63,096 bases of DNA from an uncultured virus (IMG/VR IMGVR_UViG_3300043811_000078) (taxonomy: Duplodnaviria > Heunggongvirae > Uroviricota > Caudoviricetes). The position numbers and the translations under genes are program-made. The notes beneath the pieces were generated by a model. The model made no database searches and was not told where the DNA came from. It worked only from the letters and a program-made list of their open reading frames with translations. Each line of letters opens with the position of its first letter. Positions within the stretch are counted from its first letter, which is position 1. Positions 9,042 through 18,607 of this stretch are shown here, piece after piece. The stretch is from the IMG/VR virus record IMGVR_UViG_3300043811_000078; one strand, 5' to 3'.

Positions 9042-9662
9042 CTAGTTCGCTGACGCCATCACCGCGGCGCGCCTCAGCTCTTCGGGCACCACGGCCGGCA
9101 GCAGCGCCGATTGCTCCCCGGTCAGGTCCAGCCTGGCCAGGATGCGGCGGATGACGTCGTTCAGCAGGGCGCCCTGCGCTTCGGCGAGCTTGACGCGGCG
9201 TTCCTCGATGCCCGCAGAGATCGCCGCCTTGGTCACGTCTACCAGGTGCTTGCGTTCCCGGTAGTACAGGTCCAGCCACACGGACGGTTTCGCCGCGTAC
9301 GTGATGTCGGTGCCGGGGAACTCCGTCGCGGACTTCTCCGACTGCTCCGTGATGCCCCACACGAGGTCGTCCTCTTCGAGGTCGCGGACTTTCTCCCGCA
9401 GCCATGCGACGTGGCCGGCGGTGCAGCGGACCTCTTCGAGGAGGGCGTCGGCCGGGGAGATGTCCCGGGGGAGGCCGTAGGTGATGACGGCTTTGCGGGC
9501 CAGGGCTTCCATGCCGGCTTTGCGGCCGGAGGGGGCGCATCCGCCGTGGAGTTTGCAGCGTCCCGCGCCGGGGTGGCCGGTGCCCCATCCGGCGGGCCGG
9601 GTGCATGTCCCGTCGCGTTTCCTGAGGCGGGCGCCGCAGTACCGGCTGCTGTCGTCTGCCAT
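9042..9662 (-). CDS. terS: Terminase small subunit (HGGxSTG-type)
   Basis: CGAR...C...GRCKLHGG; directly upstream of terL. Confidence 0.75.
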   Translation of the reverse strand: MADDSSRYCGARLRKRDGTCTRPAGWGTGHPGAGRCKLHGGCAPSGRKAGMEALARKAVITYGLPRDISPADALLEEVRCTAGHVAWLREKVRDLEEDDLVWGITEQSEKSATEFPGTDITYAAKPSVWLDLYYRERKHLVDVTKAAISAGIEERRVKLAEAQGALLNDVIRRILARLDLTGEQSALLPAVVPEELRRAAVMASAN

Positions 9663-9800
9663 GGATGCGCCGCCGATCCGCTGCTGTCATGGATGAGGGC
9701 GGGCGTCAGGCGGCGGGCGTCGCCTCCCGCTACTGGACGGTCACGTTGAGGACGGTGCCCGCTGTCCCGGAGGAGCCTGAGGTACCGGTACCCCGCGCGC

Positions 9801-12800
9801 CTATCCGGCCGCTATCCACGTCCAGGTGGGCGCGGCGGAGTAGGTGAGGGTGATGGTCTGCCCGGCGGGGACGAACACCATGCCCGTGGTGATGCCGGTG
9901 GCCGTGGATCCGACCGTGATGGCGGTGACGGTGCCCCCGGCGATGTAGGCGAATACGTCGTGGCCGGTGGCGTTCTGCTGCGCGGTGGTGCTGGACGGCA
10001 CCGAAGGCGTGGACACCGAGGGAGGGAGCAGGGATCCGCTGATGATGTTCCTGCGGGCGGCCGAATGCGTCCCGGCGAGGGTGAGCTGTGCGGACGTGTT
10101 GCCGTCCAGCTCGTTGGCCTCGTAGACGTTGTAGTCGCTGTTGCCGGATTCCAGGATTCCGGTCTGCTGTGAGTAGTTGCCGTTGGTGGCGACGTTCGCG
10201 CCGGTCCCGGAGGCGTCGTTGCGGCAGGTGTTATTGATGACCCGGCAGTTCGTGCACCCGGTGCTGCTGGAGTTGGCCAGCTTGATGCCGGCGATGCTGT
10301 TGGAGTTGCTCGTGTTGGCCTCTACGATGCAGTTCGTGCAGCCGTATAGGGTCAGGCCGGCGTCGCCGGTGCCGCAGCCCCAGATCCGGTTGCCGGTGAT
10401 GACGCACGAGTCGGCGAGGTTGAGCGCGAGGCCCTGCTGGCTGATCCGGTACAGGTGGTTCTCGGTGATGATCAGCCGGGAGCAGTTCGTGCCGCTGTTC
10501 GGCCCCGTGTTGATCCCTGCGGCGTTCCACAGGTCATGGACGGTGTTTCCGGCGATGCGGGAGTCCAGGACGCCGAGGAGCTTGATCCCGCCGACCTCGG
10601 CGGCGTTGCTGACGTCGTTGTCCAGCACCTGGATCCTGGTGCTGCCGACCGCGTAGATGGCCGCGCCGGACGAGGTGCCGTAAATGTCGCGGACCGAGTT
10701 CTGCGATACGACGGTGCCGTCACCCTGCACGGTGCTGCCGCCGGATTCGGTGGTGCCGGAGCCCATGTAGATGCCGGAGCCACCGACCCGGCTGATCTTG
10801 TTGCCGTGGACGAGGTTGCGGACGGCGGCGAGGATGTCCAGGCCGTTTCCGTCCGAGTGCGCCCCGGTACCTCCCGGCTGGGCGTAGGACACGTTCCGGA
10901 TGGTGTTGCCGATGACCGAGTTGTCCTGCGCGATGCGCGGCCCGATGTAGGTGGTCGTCGCGTTGTGGCTGAACTGGACGTCTTCGGCGATCGTGACGTG
11001 CGTGCCGTCGATGATCGAGGCGACCGTGATCGCCTCGGACTGGTACCCGTCATCGAACGAGTACTTCCCGCCGGTCATGAGCGCCGACGTGGCCGAGACG
11101 GCGATCGAGGTTCCCGCGACGGTGCCCGCTTCGAGGAACGCCGTCAGGTACGGGTTGCTGCTGCTGCCCGGCAGCCCGAACTTGACGGGGCTGATGATCA
11201 GCCGGATCCCGGAACCCCATCCGCCGGTGATCACGTTGCCGTGGACCTGGTTGCCGACGCCGCCCTCGACGGTGATGCCGTGCCCGGCGTCCTCGGCGAC
11301 CCACCGGTACACGGTGTTCATCACCTGATTGCCGGTGACCGTGCAGTTGTCCGACCCGGTGAGGGAGATGCCCGTCCAGCCGGTCGCGTTCTCCAGGCAG
11401 CCCGTGACGGTGATCTGCGTGGAGTTCCAGACGCTGACGCCCTGGTCGTAGCAGTGCGTGCCCGTGCAGCCGTCGACGAGGCCGTGGCTGCAGCTGTCCG
11501 TGATCAGCGACGCCGGGGACTCGCCGGTGCCGATCTTGACCGGCGACTCCCAGAGGTTCCGGCCGGTCAGCCGGGACAGGACGAACCGCTGGCAGTTGAT
11601 GATATGGATGCCGCACTGCTGGTCCTCGCCGCTCAGCGTGCGGCCGGCGACGCTGTTGTCATAGCCGGTCTGGTAGCAGGTGACGAACGCCCCGTTGTAG
11701 GCGTACGGGCCGAAACCGTCCGTGTACGGGGTCGTCCCGGTGACCGTGTACGTGTTGGCCAGGTTGGCCGTGAAGGTGATCAGGTCGCCGCCGCCGGACC
11801 CTCCGCCGGGGGTAATCGACGCGATGACCTTCGGCGTGCCCGCGCCCACCGATGTTCCCTCGGCCAGTAGCTGATCGCTCGTCCCGAGGCCGCCGCTGAC
11901 GCAGAGGTACTGCCCGGCCTGGTAGTTCGCGCCGGCCCCTGCCGCCACGGTGACGGACGGCTGCCCGGACGCGGCGCTCGCTGTGAGCGGGGTCATCGGG
12001 GACACCGTGTCGCGCTTGCCGTCTAGCGTGAGCGTCTCGACACGGAAGTCGGTGCAGTCGGCGACGGTGAAGATGTTTCCCGTCACGTTGTTCGGGAGGG
12101 CGCTCCGGTTCGGGGCCTGCGCGATCACCGTGCCGCCGCTGCCCCTGACAGTGAAATTCGACAGGCAGCCGGTGACGGCGTTCCCGGCCGACAGGGTGCC
12201 GGACGGCGACCCGGACAGGTACGTGCAGCCGGTGAACGTCGAGCCGCTGGTGCCCGTGTAGGCGACCAGGGCCACGGTGTTACCGCTGCACGCCAGCCAC
12301 AGTTGCCCCGAGGACGGGAACGCCGACGTGGACGAGGTGACCGTGAGCGTGCCCGTCGCGCCGGCCACCCAGGTAGCCGGCTCCGCGCCGTTGCTTCCGC
12401 TGGCGACCGTCGTCGTGTTCGGGGACCGGATGACCAGGCTGTTGGAATCGACCTGGTAAACGCCGTCCTGGAACAGCAGCGTCGCGGGCGCGGAAGCTAG
12501 TGCCGTCACCAGGCTGCTGATGGCGGCCGTCACGTTCGGCGTGTCGGTCGCGGTCGCCCCGGTCGGTGCCGGGACGAGAACGGTCACGCCGCCGCCCGCG
12601 CCCCACCTGGACGCTTCGCCGGTCCCTGTCGCGACAGGGACGGACCCGTTCGCGGCGGTCCCGGAGGGAAGCGGGAGGGAAGCCGCCTCGGCGTTGGCCT
12701 GCGCGGCAGCCTCGGCAGTCTCGGCGCGGGTCGTCTCGGCAGCAACGGCAGTCGCCACGAACGCGTCGGTAGCGATCTTCGCGGAGCTGTCACCGCTGGT

Positions 12801-14042
12801 CTGCGTCGGCGCGGTCGGTGCTCCGGTCAGCGCCGGGGACGCGAGCGGGGCTTTCAGTGCCTCGGCAGCCTCGGCCCTGGAAGTCTCCGCCGCCACGGCG
12901 GAGTCCGTGTAGGCCGTCGTCGCCACGTCGGTGTTATCGGTCAGTGCGGGCTTGGTCGGTGCGGTCGGCGATCCGGTGAACGCGGGTGAGGCGAGCGGGG
13001 CGAGCAGTGCTTCCGCCGCTTCGGCTCGGCTTGTCTCAGTGGCCACGGCGGTCGCGACGAACTGGTCTGTGGCGATCCGTGCCGACGTGTCCCCGGTAGT
13101 CGCCGTGGGCGCGGTCGGGGAGCCCGTGAGGACGGGTGACGCCAGCGGGGCCTTGAGGGCTTCCGCTGTTTCCGCCCGGCTCGTCTCCGCTGCGACAGCC
13201 GCGTCCGTGTACGCCGTGGTAGCGACCTGCGTGCTATCGGTCAGCGGGCTCGCGGTCGGGGCCGTCGGCGAGCCCGTGAAGGCCGGGGATGCCTTGGGCG
13301 CCAGGAGCGCCTCAGCCGTCTCCGCGCGGGCCGTCTCGGCAGCGACGACACTCGTAGTGAACGTCTCCGCCGACGACAGCGCGGCCGATGCCTGCGACGC
13401 CGCGTACGACTCCGCCGCCGCTTGCGCTGATGCCGCCGACCCTGACGGGTCCGCCCCCACCTCAGCCGCCGTGTAATCACCGGACTCCGCGGCCACCGCG
13501 CCGGCCCGGCCGAACACCGACGAGACCGCGCCCGGCGGGACATCCCACGTGCCGTCACCCCGCAAGTACTCCGTCGTGCCGCCCGGCGGGGCCTCGATCA
13601 CGGTGCCCTGGATCCGCGCCACGACCGGGTCCGTCGTCGTCCCGCCGATGTCACCCGCCGGAGGGAGGATTCCTGCCGCGCCGGGAACCGTGTTCGCCAG
13701 GCTCCAGAGATCCACCGTGGACGGCTCATGCGGGAGGAAGAACTCCCACGGGCCGAGCGTCTGACCGGAGATGACAACCTGCACCGACCAGAAGAAAAAA
13801 CCCGTGTTGCCCTCGTACGACAGGCCGCTGTTGTCCGTCGCCAGGAGGGTGAGCGGCCCGCCGGACGGCCCGAACAGTTCCCCGGCGACGATCTGCGCCT
13901 CAACGGGGACACCGGGCTGCAAGACGGGAATCCCGGCGGCGTAGACCGTGGTATTCGGCGTAAACGTGACGGCACCGGACAGCGGGGAACCGCTGCCGTC
14001 ATCGAACGTGCCGGTGATGGTGACGTAGCTGAGGGCAGGCAT
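9801..14042 (-). CDS. Virion fibre/spike-like protein with right-handed parallel beta-helix (pectate-lyase-like) domain
   Basis: ~1410 aa; fibre repeats SPAFTGSPTAPT; VSSVFGRAGAV motif; many xxxGN/xGIx beta-helix rungs. Confidence 0.75.
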   Translation of the reverse strand: MPALSYVTITGTFDDGSGSPLSGAVTFTPNTTVYAAGIPVLQPGVPVEAQIVAGELFGPSGGPLTLLATDNSGLSYEGNTGFFFWSVQVVISGQTLGPWEFFLPHEPSTVDLWSLANTVPGAAGILPPAGDIGGTTTDPVVARIQGTVIEAPPGGTTEYLRGDGTWDVPPGAVSSVFGRAGAVAAESGDYTAAEVGADPSGSAASAQAAAESYAASQASAALSSAETFTTSVVAAETARAETAEALLAPKASPAFTGSPTAPTASPLTDSTQVATTAYTDAAVAAETSRAETAEALKAPLASPVLTGSPTAPTATTGDTSARIATDQFVATAVATETSRAEAAEALLAPLASPAFTGSPTAPTKPALTDNTDVATTAYTDSAVAAETSRAEAAEALKAPLASPALTGAPTAPTQTSGDSSAKIATDAFVATAVAAETTRAETAEAAAQANAEAASLPLPSGTAANGSVPVATGTGEASRWGAGGGVTVLVPAPTGATATDTPNVTAAISSLVTALASAPATLLFQDGVYQVDSNSLVIRSPNTTTVASGSNGAEPATWVAGATGTLTVTSSTSAFPSSGQLWLACSGNTVALVAYTGTSGSTFTGCTYLSGSPSGTLSAGNAVTGCLSNFTVRGSGGTVIAQAPNRSALPNNVTGNIFTVADCTDFRVETLTLDGKRDTVSPMTPLTASAASGQPSVTVAAGAGANYQAGQYLCVSGGLGTSDQLLAEGTSVGAGTPKVIASITPGGGSGGGDLITFTANLANTYTVTGTTPYTDGFGPYAYNGAFVTCYQTGYDNSVAGRTLSGEDQQCGIHIINCQRFVLSRLTGRNLWESPVKIGTGESPASLITDSCSHGLVDGCTGTHCYDQGVSVWNSTQITVTGCLENATGWTGISLTGSDNCTVTGNQVMNTVYRWVAEDAGHGITVEGGVGNQVHGNVITGGWGSGIRLIISPVKFGLPGSSSNPYLTAFLEAGTVAGTSIAVSATSALMTGGKYSFDDGYQSEAITVASIIDGTHVTIAEDVQFSHNATTTYIGPRIAQDNSVIGNTIRNVSYAQPGGTGAHSDGNGLDILAAVRNLVHGNKISRVGGSGIYMGSGTTESGGSTVQGDGTVVSQNSVRDIYGTSSGAAIYAVGSTRIQVLDNDVSNAAEVGGIKLLGVLDSRIAGNTVHDLWNAAGINTGPNSGTNCSRLIITENHLYRISQQGLALNLADSCVITGNRIWGCGTGDAGLTLYGCTNCIVEANTSNSNSIAGIKLANSSSTGCTNCRVINNTCRNDASGTGANVATNGNYSQQTGILESGNSDYNVYEANELDGNTSAQLTLAGTHSAARRNIISGSLLPPSVSTPSVPSSTTAQQNATGHDVFAYIAGGTVTAITVGSTATGITTGMVFVPAGQTITLTYSAAPTWTWIAAG
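12715..13345 (-). repeat. Four ~150-bp (50-aa) coding repeats in ABAB arrangement
   Basis: AETxRAExAEAL(L/K)AP(L/K)ASPxxTGxPTAPT units alternating between TD..VATTAYTD and GD..IATDxFV endings. Confidence 0.85.
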
Positions 14043-14079
14043 CCGGCCACCCCCCACGTCACCGGGCGGTCGCCCAGGG

Positions 14080-14232
14080 TCAGGCCGCGAGCCTCATGTC
14101 CGCCGTGTCACGGTTCGCGGCGGCGGCATCACGGTCCTCGCCGGCGTCGCGGGGACGCTGGATCCACCAGACGAGACCCAGCCAGCCGAACAAGGACGCG
14201 AAGCAGGCGGCGATCACGATGGCATGCAGCAC
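14080..14232 (-). CDS. Small membrane protein
   Basis: VLHAIVIAACFASLFGWLGLVWWIQR hydrophobic N-terminus. Confidence 0.45.
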   Translation of the reverse strand: MLHAIVIAACFASLFGWLGLVWWIQRPRDAGEDRDAAAANRDTADMRLAA

Positions 14233-14358
14233 AAGGGGGGGCCGATCAGGAGGATTTCAGCAGGTGAGAGGGCCGAATGGCCGTCTCCAGCCTACCGCCC
14301 CGGCGCGGCGGGGCGCCTCATGCCGGGCGCGTCCCGGCGAGACGTGACGCAGACGTGA

Positions 14359-14613
14359 TCAGGCGGCGCGGACGGTCTTGCGTGTCCGGCGCGGGTCGAA
14401 GTGCCCCTTGGCGATCGCGTTCTCCCGCACCCGCCGCTCGGCGTCGCGCACCGCCTCGGCGCTGTGCATCGGGTAGCCGTGCTCGTCCAGGCCCTGAGCG
14501 GCGAGGTAGCCGAGCCGCCGCCACTGGCGGATCGTAGGCGCCCTGACGCCCGCCAGGAGGGCCGATTCGGCGGTGGACAGCAGTCCCGAGGGATGGGCGG
14601 CGATCACTGTCAC
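14359..14613 (-). CDS. MerR-like helix-turn-helix protein
   Basis: LSTAESALLAGVRAPTIRQWRRLGYL. Confidence 0.7.
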   Translation of the reverse strand: MTVIAAHPSGLLSTAESALLAGVRAPTIRQWRRLGYLAAQGLDEHGYPMHSAEAVRDAERRVRENAIAKGHFDPRRTRKTVRAA

Positions 14614-14710
14614 CTGCCCCGGACGCAAGAAATCCCCGGACGCACACGGCTCCGGGGACACTTCTGCTTACCTGAGAGAGATGTTATGGGCTGGACGGCT
14701 GATGTTCAAG

Positions 14711-15670
14711 TCACGCCGCGCGGTGGCCTGCGAGTTTGCACGAGCACGACGGCCAGCAGCAGTTACCGCAGTCACCGCGATCGCAGCGGCGGCAGGTCAG
14801 CACCCCCGACCCGCGCGTCCACGCGACATACATGGCGGTCCACGCGTCGTACTCGGTACGGGTCATCACAGCCTTGCAAGACGCGGACAGGCAGGCACAG
14901 AAAGGCGGCTCGGGCTTCTCCGGATCCGGCGGCGGCTGCTCCAGCCTCGCCAGCGACGACATCTCCTCGCATGACCGGCACGGGACGCCTTCGAGGATCT
15001 CCGGGGGCGCGGGCGTCTCGCCGAGCAGCCGGGAGGCGCTGCGGTGCAGGTCGAGGATGTCCAGGCCGGCGGCGGTCCCCCCGAGGCGCGTCTGCGCGCT
15101 CACCCAGCCATCGCCGATGAAGATGATCTCCAGGTCCGCTATCTCCGCTTCGAGCTCGGCGGGCATCGGGGAGCCTGCCCGCCACGTCCACGTCCGGCTC
15201 ATCCACCCGTCCGCGAGAGCCAGCAGCGGGACGGGGTGGGTGACGAGGACGCCGCAGTCGGCTCCGACCGCTTCAAGGGTGCCGTGCGGGTGCCTGTTGG
15301 GTACGAGCCTGAGGCCGGGGACGGCGCGGACTCTCGCGGCCCATCCGCCGAGGATCGCGGCCATGAGCCGCAGCAGGGCGTCGTAGTCGCCGTTGACCAG
15401 GACACGGGATCCGGGAGGGACGCGGACGGCGCGGCCCGAGCGGACCGGGTCGCCGATACGGGCCGCGAGCCGCCGGTAGGCATCAGGAAGGGCGCGGGCG
15501 TCGGCGAGGATCTTCGCTTCGTCGGCGAGGCAGAACGCGCGCGGGCCGGACGCGGGATGCCAGGTGCCGTCGTCGTCGCGGGTCTGCGACGAGCACCAGT
15601 CCCCTCTCGCGCACGGGCGCTGCCCGTCATCTGACGTGACCGGGTACCGGTACTGCCGCCGCGCCGCCAT
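14711..15670 (-). CDS. Zn-finger phage protein, possible late-gene regulator
   Basis: GVPCRSC...CLSASC zinc ribbon; lies upstream of the HTH, fibre and terminase genes. Confidence 0.55.
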   Translation of the reverse strand: MAARRQYRYPVTSDDGQRPCARGDWCSSQTRDDDGTWHPASGPRAFCLADEAKILADARALPDAYRRLAARIGDPVRSGRAVRVPPGSRVLVNGDYDALLRLMAAILGGWAARVRAVPGLRLVPNRHPHGTLEAVGADCGVLVTHPVPLLALADGWMSRTWTWRAGSPMPAELEAEIADLEIIFIGDGWVSAQTRLGGTAAGLDILDLHRSASRLLGETPAPPEILEGVPCRSCEEMSSLARLEQPPPDPEKPEPPFCACLSASCKAVMTRTEYDAWTAMYVAWTRGSGVLTCRRCDRGDCGNCCWPSCSCKLAGHRAA

Positions 15671-15722
15671 GCGCCCATGATCACGCACGGCACTGACCTG
15701 CGCAAAACGCCACGCGGGGGAC

Positions 15723-15764
15723 GCGGCCCCCAGGTCAGGGGGTTGACCGGAGGCCGCGCTTTCT
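15723..15764. terminator. GC-rich hairpin, possible intrinsic terminator
   Basis: CGCGGCC..GGTCA / TGACC..GGCCGCG followed by CTTTCT; lies between the conjugation-like block and the late arm. Confidence 0.4.
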
Positions 15765-15832
15765 CCGACGTCTAGACGCTACAGGAAGGCGCGGCGGGAA
15801 CGGGATGCGGCACGCTCATCACGCCAGGCAGG

Positions 15833-16126
15833 TCAGTCATCTTCCATCAGCCGGTACACAACACGGGACAGGCGCTCCCAGATCTCGCAGAGGTGCTCGT
15901 AGCGCGGATCCGTGCCGCTGGTCTTCCCGGCCTCGCGGAACAGCGTGAGCATGTCCTGAACAGGCAGCGTGATCCCGGACTCGGTCTCGCTGCGCACCGT
16001 CCAGTCGGCGACGGGGATGATGCCGTGGATCACGGCGAGGGTCGCCGTGCTGGTCACGACGGTGATGGCGGCGACTTTCTCGTCGTCGTCCAGGGCGATG
16101 GACGCCAGCCGGAACTTAGCTGCCAA
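15833..16126 (-). CDS. Hypothetical protein
   Basis: GAGGAGGAG ribosome-binding site before TTG; last gene of the leftward block. Confidence 0.55.
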   Translation of the reverse strand: MAAKFRLASIALDDDEKVAAITVVTSTATLAVIHGIIPVADWTVRSETESGITLPVQDMLTLFREAGKTSGTDPRYEHLCEIWERLSRVVYRLMEDD

Positions 16127-16147
16127 GATCTCCTCCTCGCGATGCCT

Positions 16148-16858
16148 TCACCGCGCCAGGCGCGCGGCGAGATGGACGTGAACGACAGCGAGGCCCTGGA
16201 CATCCCGCCACGCCAGCCACCCGAGAGCGACAGCCAGCAGCGGGGTGACGATGACATGCTCGGGCCACGTCCCGGTCGTGAAGGCGAGCGGGCGGGGCAG
16301 CAGGCGGAACCGGCGCCTGCTCAGCGGGTAGAAGACCATGCAGCCGGACTCGGTCAGCATGTCCCCGGCGATGTGCGTGCAGCAGCCGAGCGCCACCGCG
16401 AGCGGGATCAGATTCAGCCCGTAGCCGTACTTGATCTCGGCCGCCGCGACCGCGATGCCGATCAGGTCGGCCACGTGACCGCGGGCGATCCGCAGTGCCT
16501 CGAGCGCGCCCGCGACCGGCAGCGTCATGAGCAGCGCCAGCCCGGCCCTCCCCGCGATATCGGCACGGTAGTGACACGAGACCCAGGCCAGCGCGGTGAA
16601 GATCACGACTCCGGGAAACGAGTGCGTCGCGTGCCGGTGGCCGCCGCTGATCTTGCCGCATACCCGCGCCACCGCCTCGGATATGAAACCGAGACTGCGG
16701 GCCGCTGACGAACCGCACTTGTCCAGGTCCGGCAGAAGCGCCATGCCCGCGGTGAACCCGGCGAGCGCCGCCGCCTCCGGGGCGCCGTAGCGGAGCCAGA
16801 TCCCGGCGGCGAGTCCCGTGACCGCGCCCGAGAGCGCATGGGTATGCCCGACGCACAC
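16148..16858 (-). CDS. YdjM-family membrane-bound metal-dependent hydrolase
   Basis: TH, LLPDLD, HRHATHS and HIAGDMLTESG motifs. Confidence 0.85.
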   Translation of the reverse strand: MCVGHTHALSGAVTGLAAGIWLRYGAPEAAALAGFTAGMALLPDLDKCGSSAARSLGFISEAVARVCGKISGGHRHATHSFPGVVIFTALAWVSCHYRADIAGRAGLALLMTLPVAGALEALRIARGHVADLIGIAVAAAEIKYGYGLNLIPLAVALGCCTHIAGDMLTESGCMVFYPLSRRRFRLLPRPLAFTTGTWPEHVIVTPLLAVALGWLAWRDVQGLAVVHVHLAARLAR

Positions 16859-16888
16859 GTCAGGACTCCCCGTCCTCTTCCAGGTAGC

Positions 16889-17839
16889 TCATGACCGGTC
16901 CTCCCCGCGGTCCTGGACCGGATCCGAGGACCGGTCATCAACGATGTCACGGGGGCGGTCCCGTGCGTTCAGCTTGCGCAGGGTCTTGCGGGCGTAGCCG
17001 TCGCTGCAACCGGTCCTCTCGACGAGTTCCGGGGCACGCACCTCACGCCCCGACTTGGCTGCTTCGTCGAGGATCTCCAGGATCTTCGCCTCGATCGTCA
17101 TGGCCTCAGGACCGGTCTCGGAACCGGCCTTAGGACCGGTCCTGGCTGACGACCTGGGACCGGTCTTGCGTCCGCGAGGACCGCCCTTGGCGGCGTCGAG
17201 TTTCCGGGCGAGAACTTCCGCGTCCGCGACCGCCCTGGCGGCTTCCGCGCGGGCCGCCGAGAGGTCGTCCGCGAGCTTCCCGGCGGCGGCTTCGGCTGTG
17301 ATCCGCGCCTCCCGTTCGGCGTCCATCTCGGCACTGAACGCGGCTCGCAGCGCGGCGTCACGCTGGGCTTGCGCGGCGGCTTCCGCGGCTTCGTCCGCGG
17401 CGCGCGGCCCGTTCATGATGAAGAACGCGGCGAGCAGTTCGGCGGCGTCCAGCAGCGCGCCGAACAGCAGCGAGAAGTGGGGCGGCGCGGCGTACATGAC
17501 GACAGCCCCGGTGCCGCTCGCCGACATGTACATCGAGCCGAGCATGATCGTGTACGCGACGCCCTTCGCCACCCACGAGGATGCGTGCCACTCGGCGACG
17601 ATCTCCAGGATGAGCATCGCGATGAGCAGCGGCATGATGCCGTAGAGGATGGCCAGCGGCCATGGCATGTGGCCGCGGGTAACGGAGTGGAAGACCTGGA
17701 ACGCCATGGTGGTGCCGCCCATGGCGAACGTGACGATCCATGCGGCGATCCACGCGCGGCGCAGCGGGCCGCCCTTCCCTGCGGAGTGAACACCCATACG
17801 GTTCATCGTCGCGTTCCCTTCATGATCATTTCGGCTCAT
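16889..17839 (-). CDS. Spd-like (SpdB/DUF2637-type) membrane protein with coiled coil and C-terminal HTH
   Basis: Four hydrophobic segments, Ala/Glu coiled coil, RAPELVERTGCSDGYARKTLR; lies near traB. Confidence 0.6.
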   Translation of the reverse strand: MSRNDHEGNATMNRMGVHSAGKGGPLRRAWIAAWIVTFAMGGTTMAFQVFHSVTRGHMPWPLAILYGIMPLLIAMLILEIVAEWHASSWVAKGVAYTIMLGSMYMSASGTGAVVMYAAPPHFSLLFGALLDAAELLAAFFIMNGPRAADEAAEAAAQAQRDAALRAAFSAEMDAEREARITAEAAAGKLADDLSAARAEAARAVADAEVLARKLDAAKGGPRGRKTGPRSSARTGPKAGSETGPEAMTIEAKILEILDEAAKSGREVRAPELVERTGCSDGYARKTLRKLNARDRPRDIVDDRSSDPVQDRGEDRS

Positions 17840-18480
17840 CACGCAACATCCCTGGTCAGGAAGTCGCCGGAGTACGGCACGGCACGGATCCCGCGCCGCC
17901 GGATCAGGTCGGCGACCTCCTTGTACGTCTCGGCGATGTCGTCGGGCACCTGCCGCATGCAGTTGGCCGCCGCGGCGAGCTTGCGGCCGGCGGCGGCGAG
18001 GATCTCCAGTGCGGCCTCGCAGTCGCTCATGGCGTCCGCGGCGTCCTTCATCCGCTGCTCCGCGGTCTCGATCTCGGCTGCTGCGGCGTCCCGTACGGCC
18101 TGCTCCCCGGATCCGAGCCCGGCTTCGGCGCGGCGCGCGGCTTCCCGCGCCTCCGCGTAGTCGCTCTCGGCGCGTTCCCCGGTCTCGGCGCAGGTCACGG
18201 CCATGTCCTGGGCGTGCCTGAGCATCCCGGCGAGTTCGGCTTCGAGTTCCTCGCACCGGGCCAGGAGCGTCGGGCCGTCCGGCACGGGGCCGTCGCGTCC
18301 CCATAGCTGCCTGCGGGCGTCGCCGTCGGTGAGGGTGACGGCGGCCTGCACGATGCTGCGGGTGGCGGCGGGGTCGACGCGGGCACGCCAGGCGGCGGTG
18401 TCCATCCCGGCGGCACGGAAACCGGGCTCGCGGATGTCCTCGGCGAACGCCTCTGCGGCGGCGGTCCATGTGGCGGTCAC
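17839..18480 (-). CDS. Coiled-coil hypothetical protein
   Basis: Ala/Glu-rich helical ORF; TGATG-coupled to the next gene. Confidence 0.6.
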   Translation of the reverse strand: MTATWTAAAEAFAEDIREPGFRAAGMDTAAWRARVDPAATRSIVQAAVTLTDGDARRQLWGRDGPVPDGPTLLARCEELEAELAGMLRHAQDMAVTCAETGERAESDYAEAREAARRAEAGLGSGEQAVRDAAAAEIETAEQRMKDAADAMSDCEAALEILAAAGRKLAAAANCMRQVPDDIAETYKEVADLIRRRGIRAVPYSGDFLTRDVA

Positions 18481-18514
18481 GCCCCCCTCCCCCGGCTACG
18501 GTGAGTGACCGCCA

Positions 18515-18606
18515 TTGGCCGGCCGGCCAAGTTGGCCGGCGCTCCCGCGCGCGCGCATAGGGGCGACGAAACATGTTGGCCGGCCGGCCAAGCCTCTTGG
18601 CTGGCG
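18515..18606. repeat. Two perfect 16-bp palindromes TTGGCCGGCCGGCCAA plus half-sites downstream of traB
   Basis: Copies at 18515-18530 and 18576-18591; half-sites TTGGCCGGC at 18532-18540 and TTGGCTGGC at 18598-18606. Confidence 0.85.
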
Positions 18607-18607
18607 T

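Noticed and set aside
12715..13345. Regular repeats as a CRISPR array or DGR template
   Set aside because: In-frame degenerate coding repeats; no unique spacers, cas or reverse transcriptase gene
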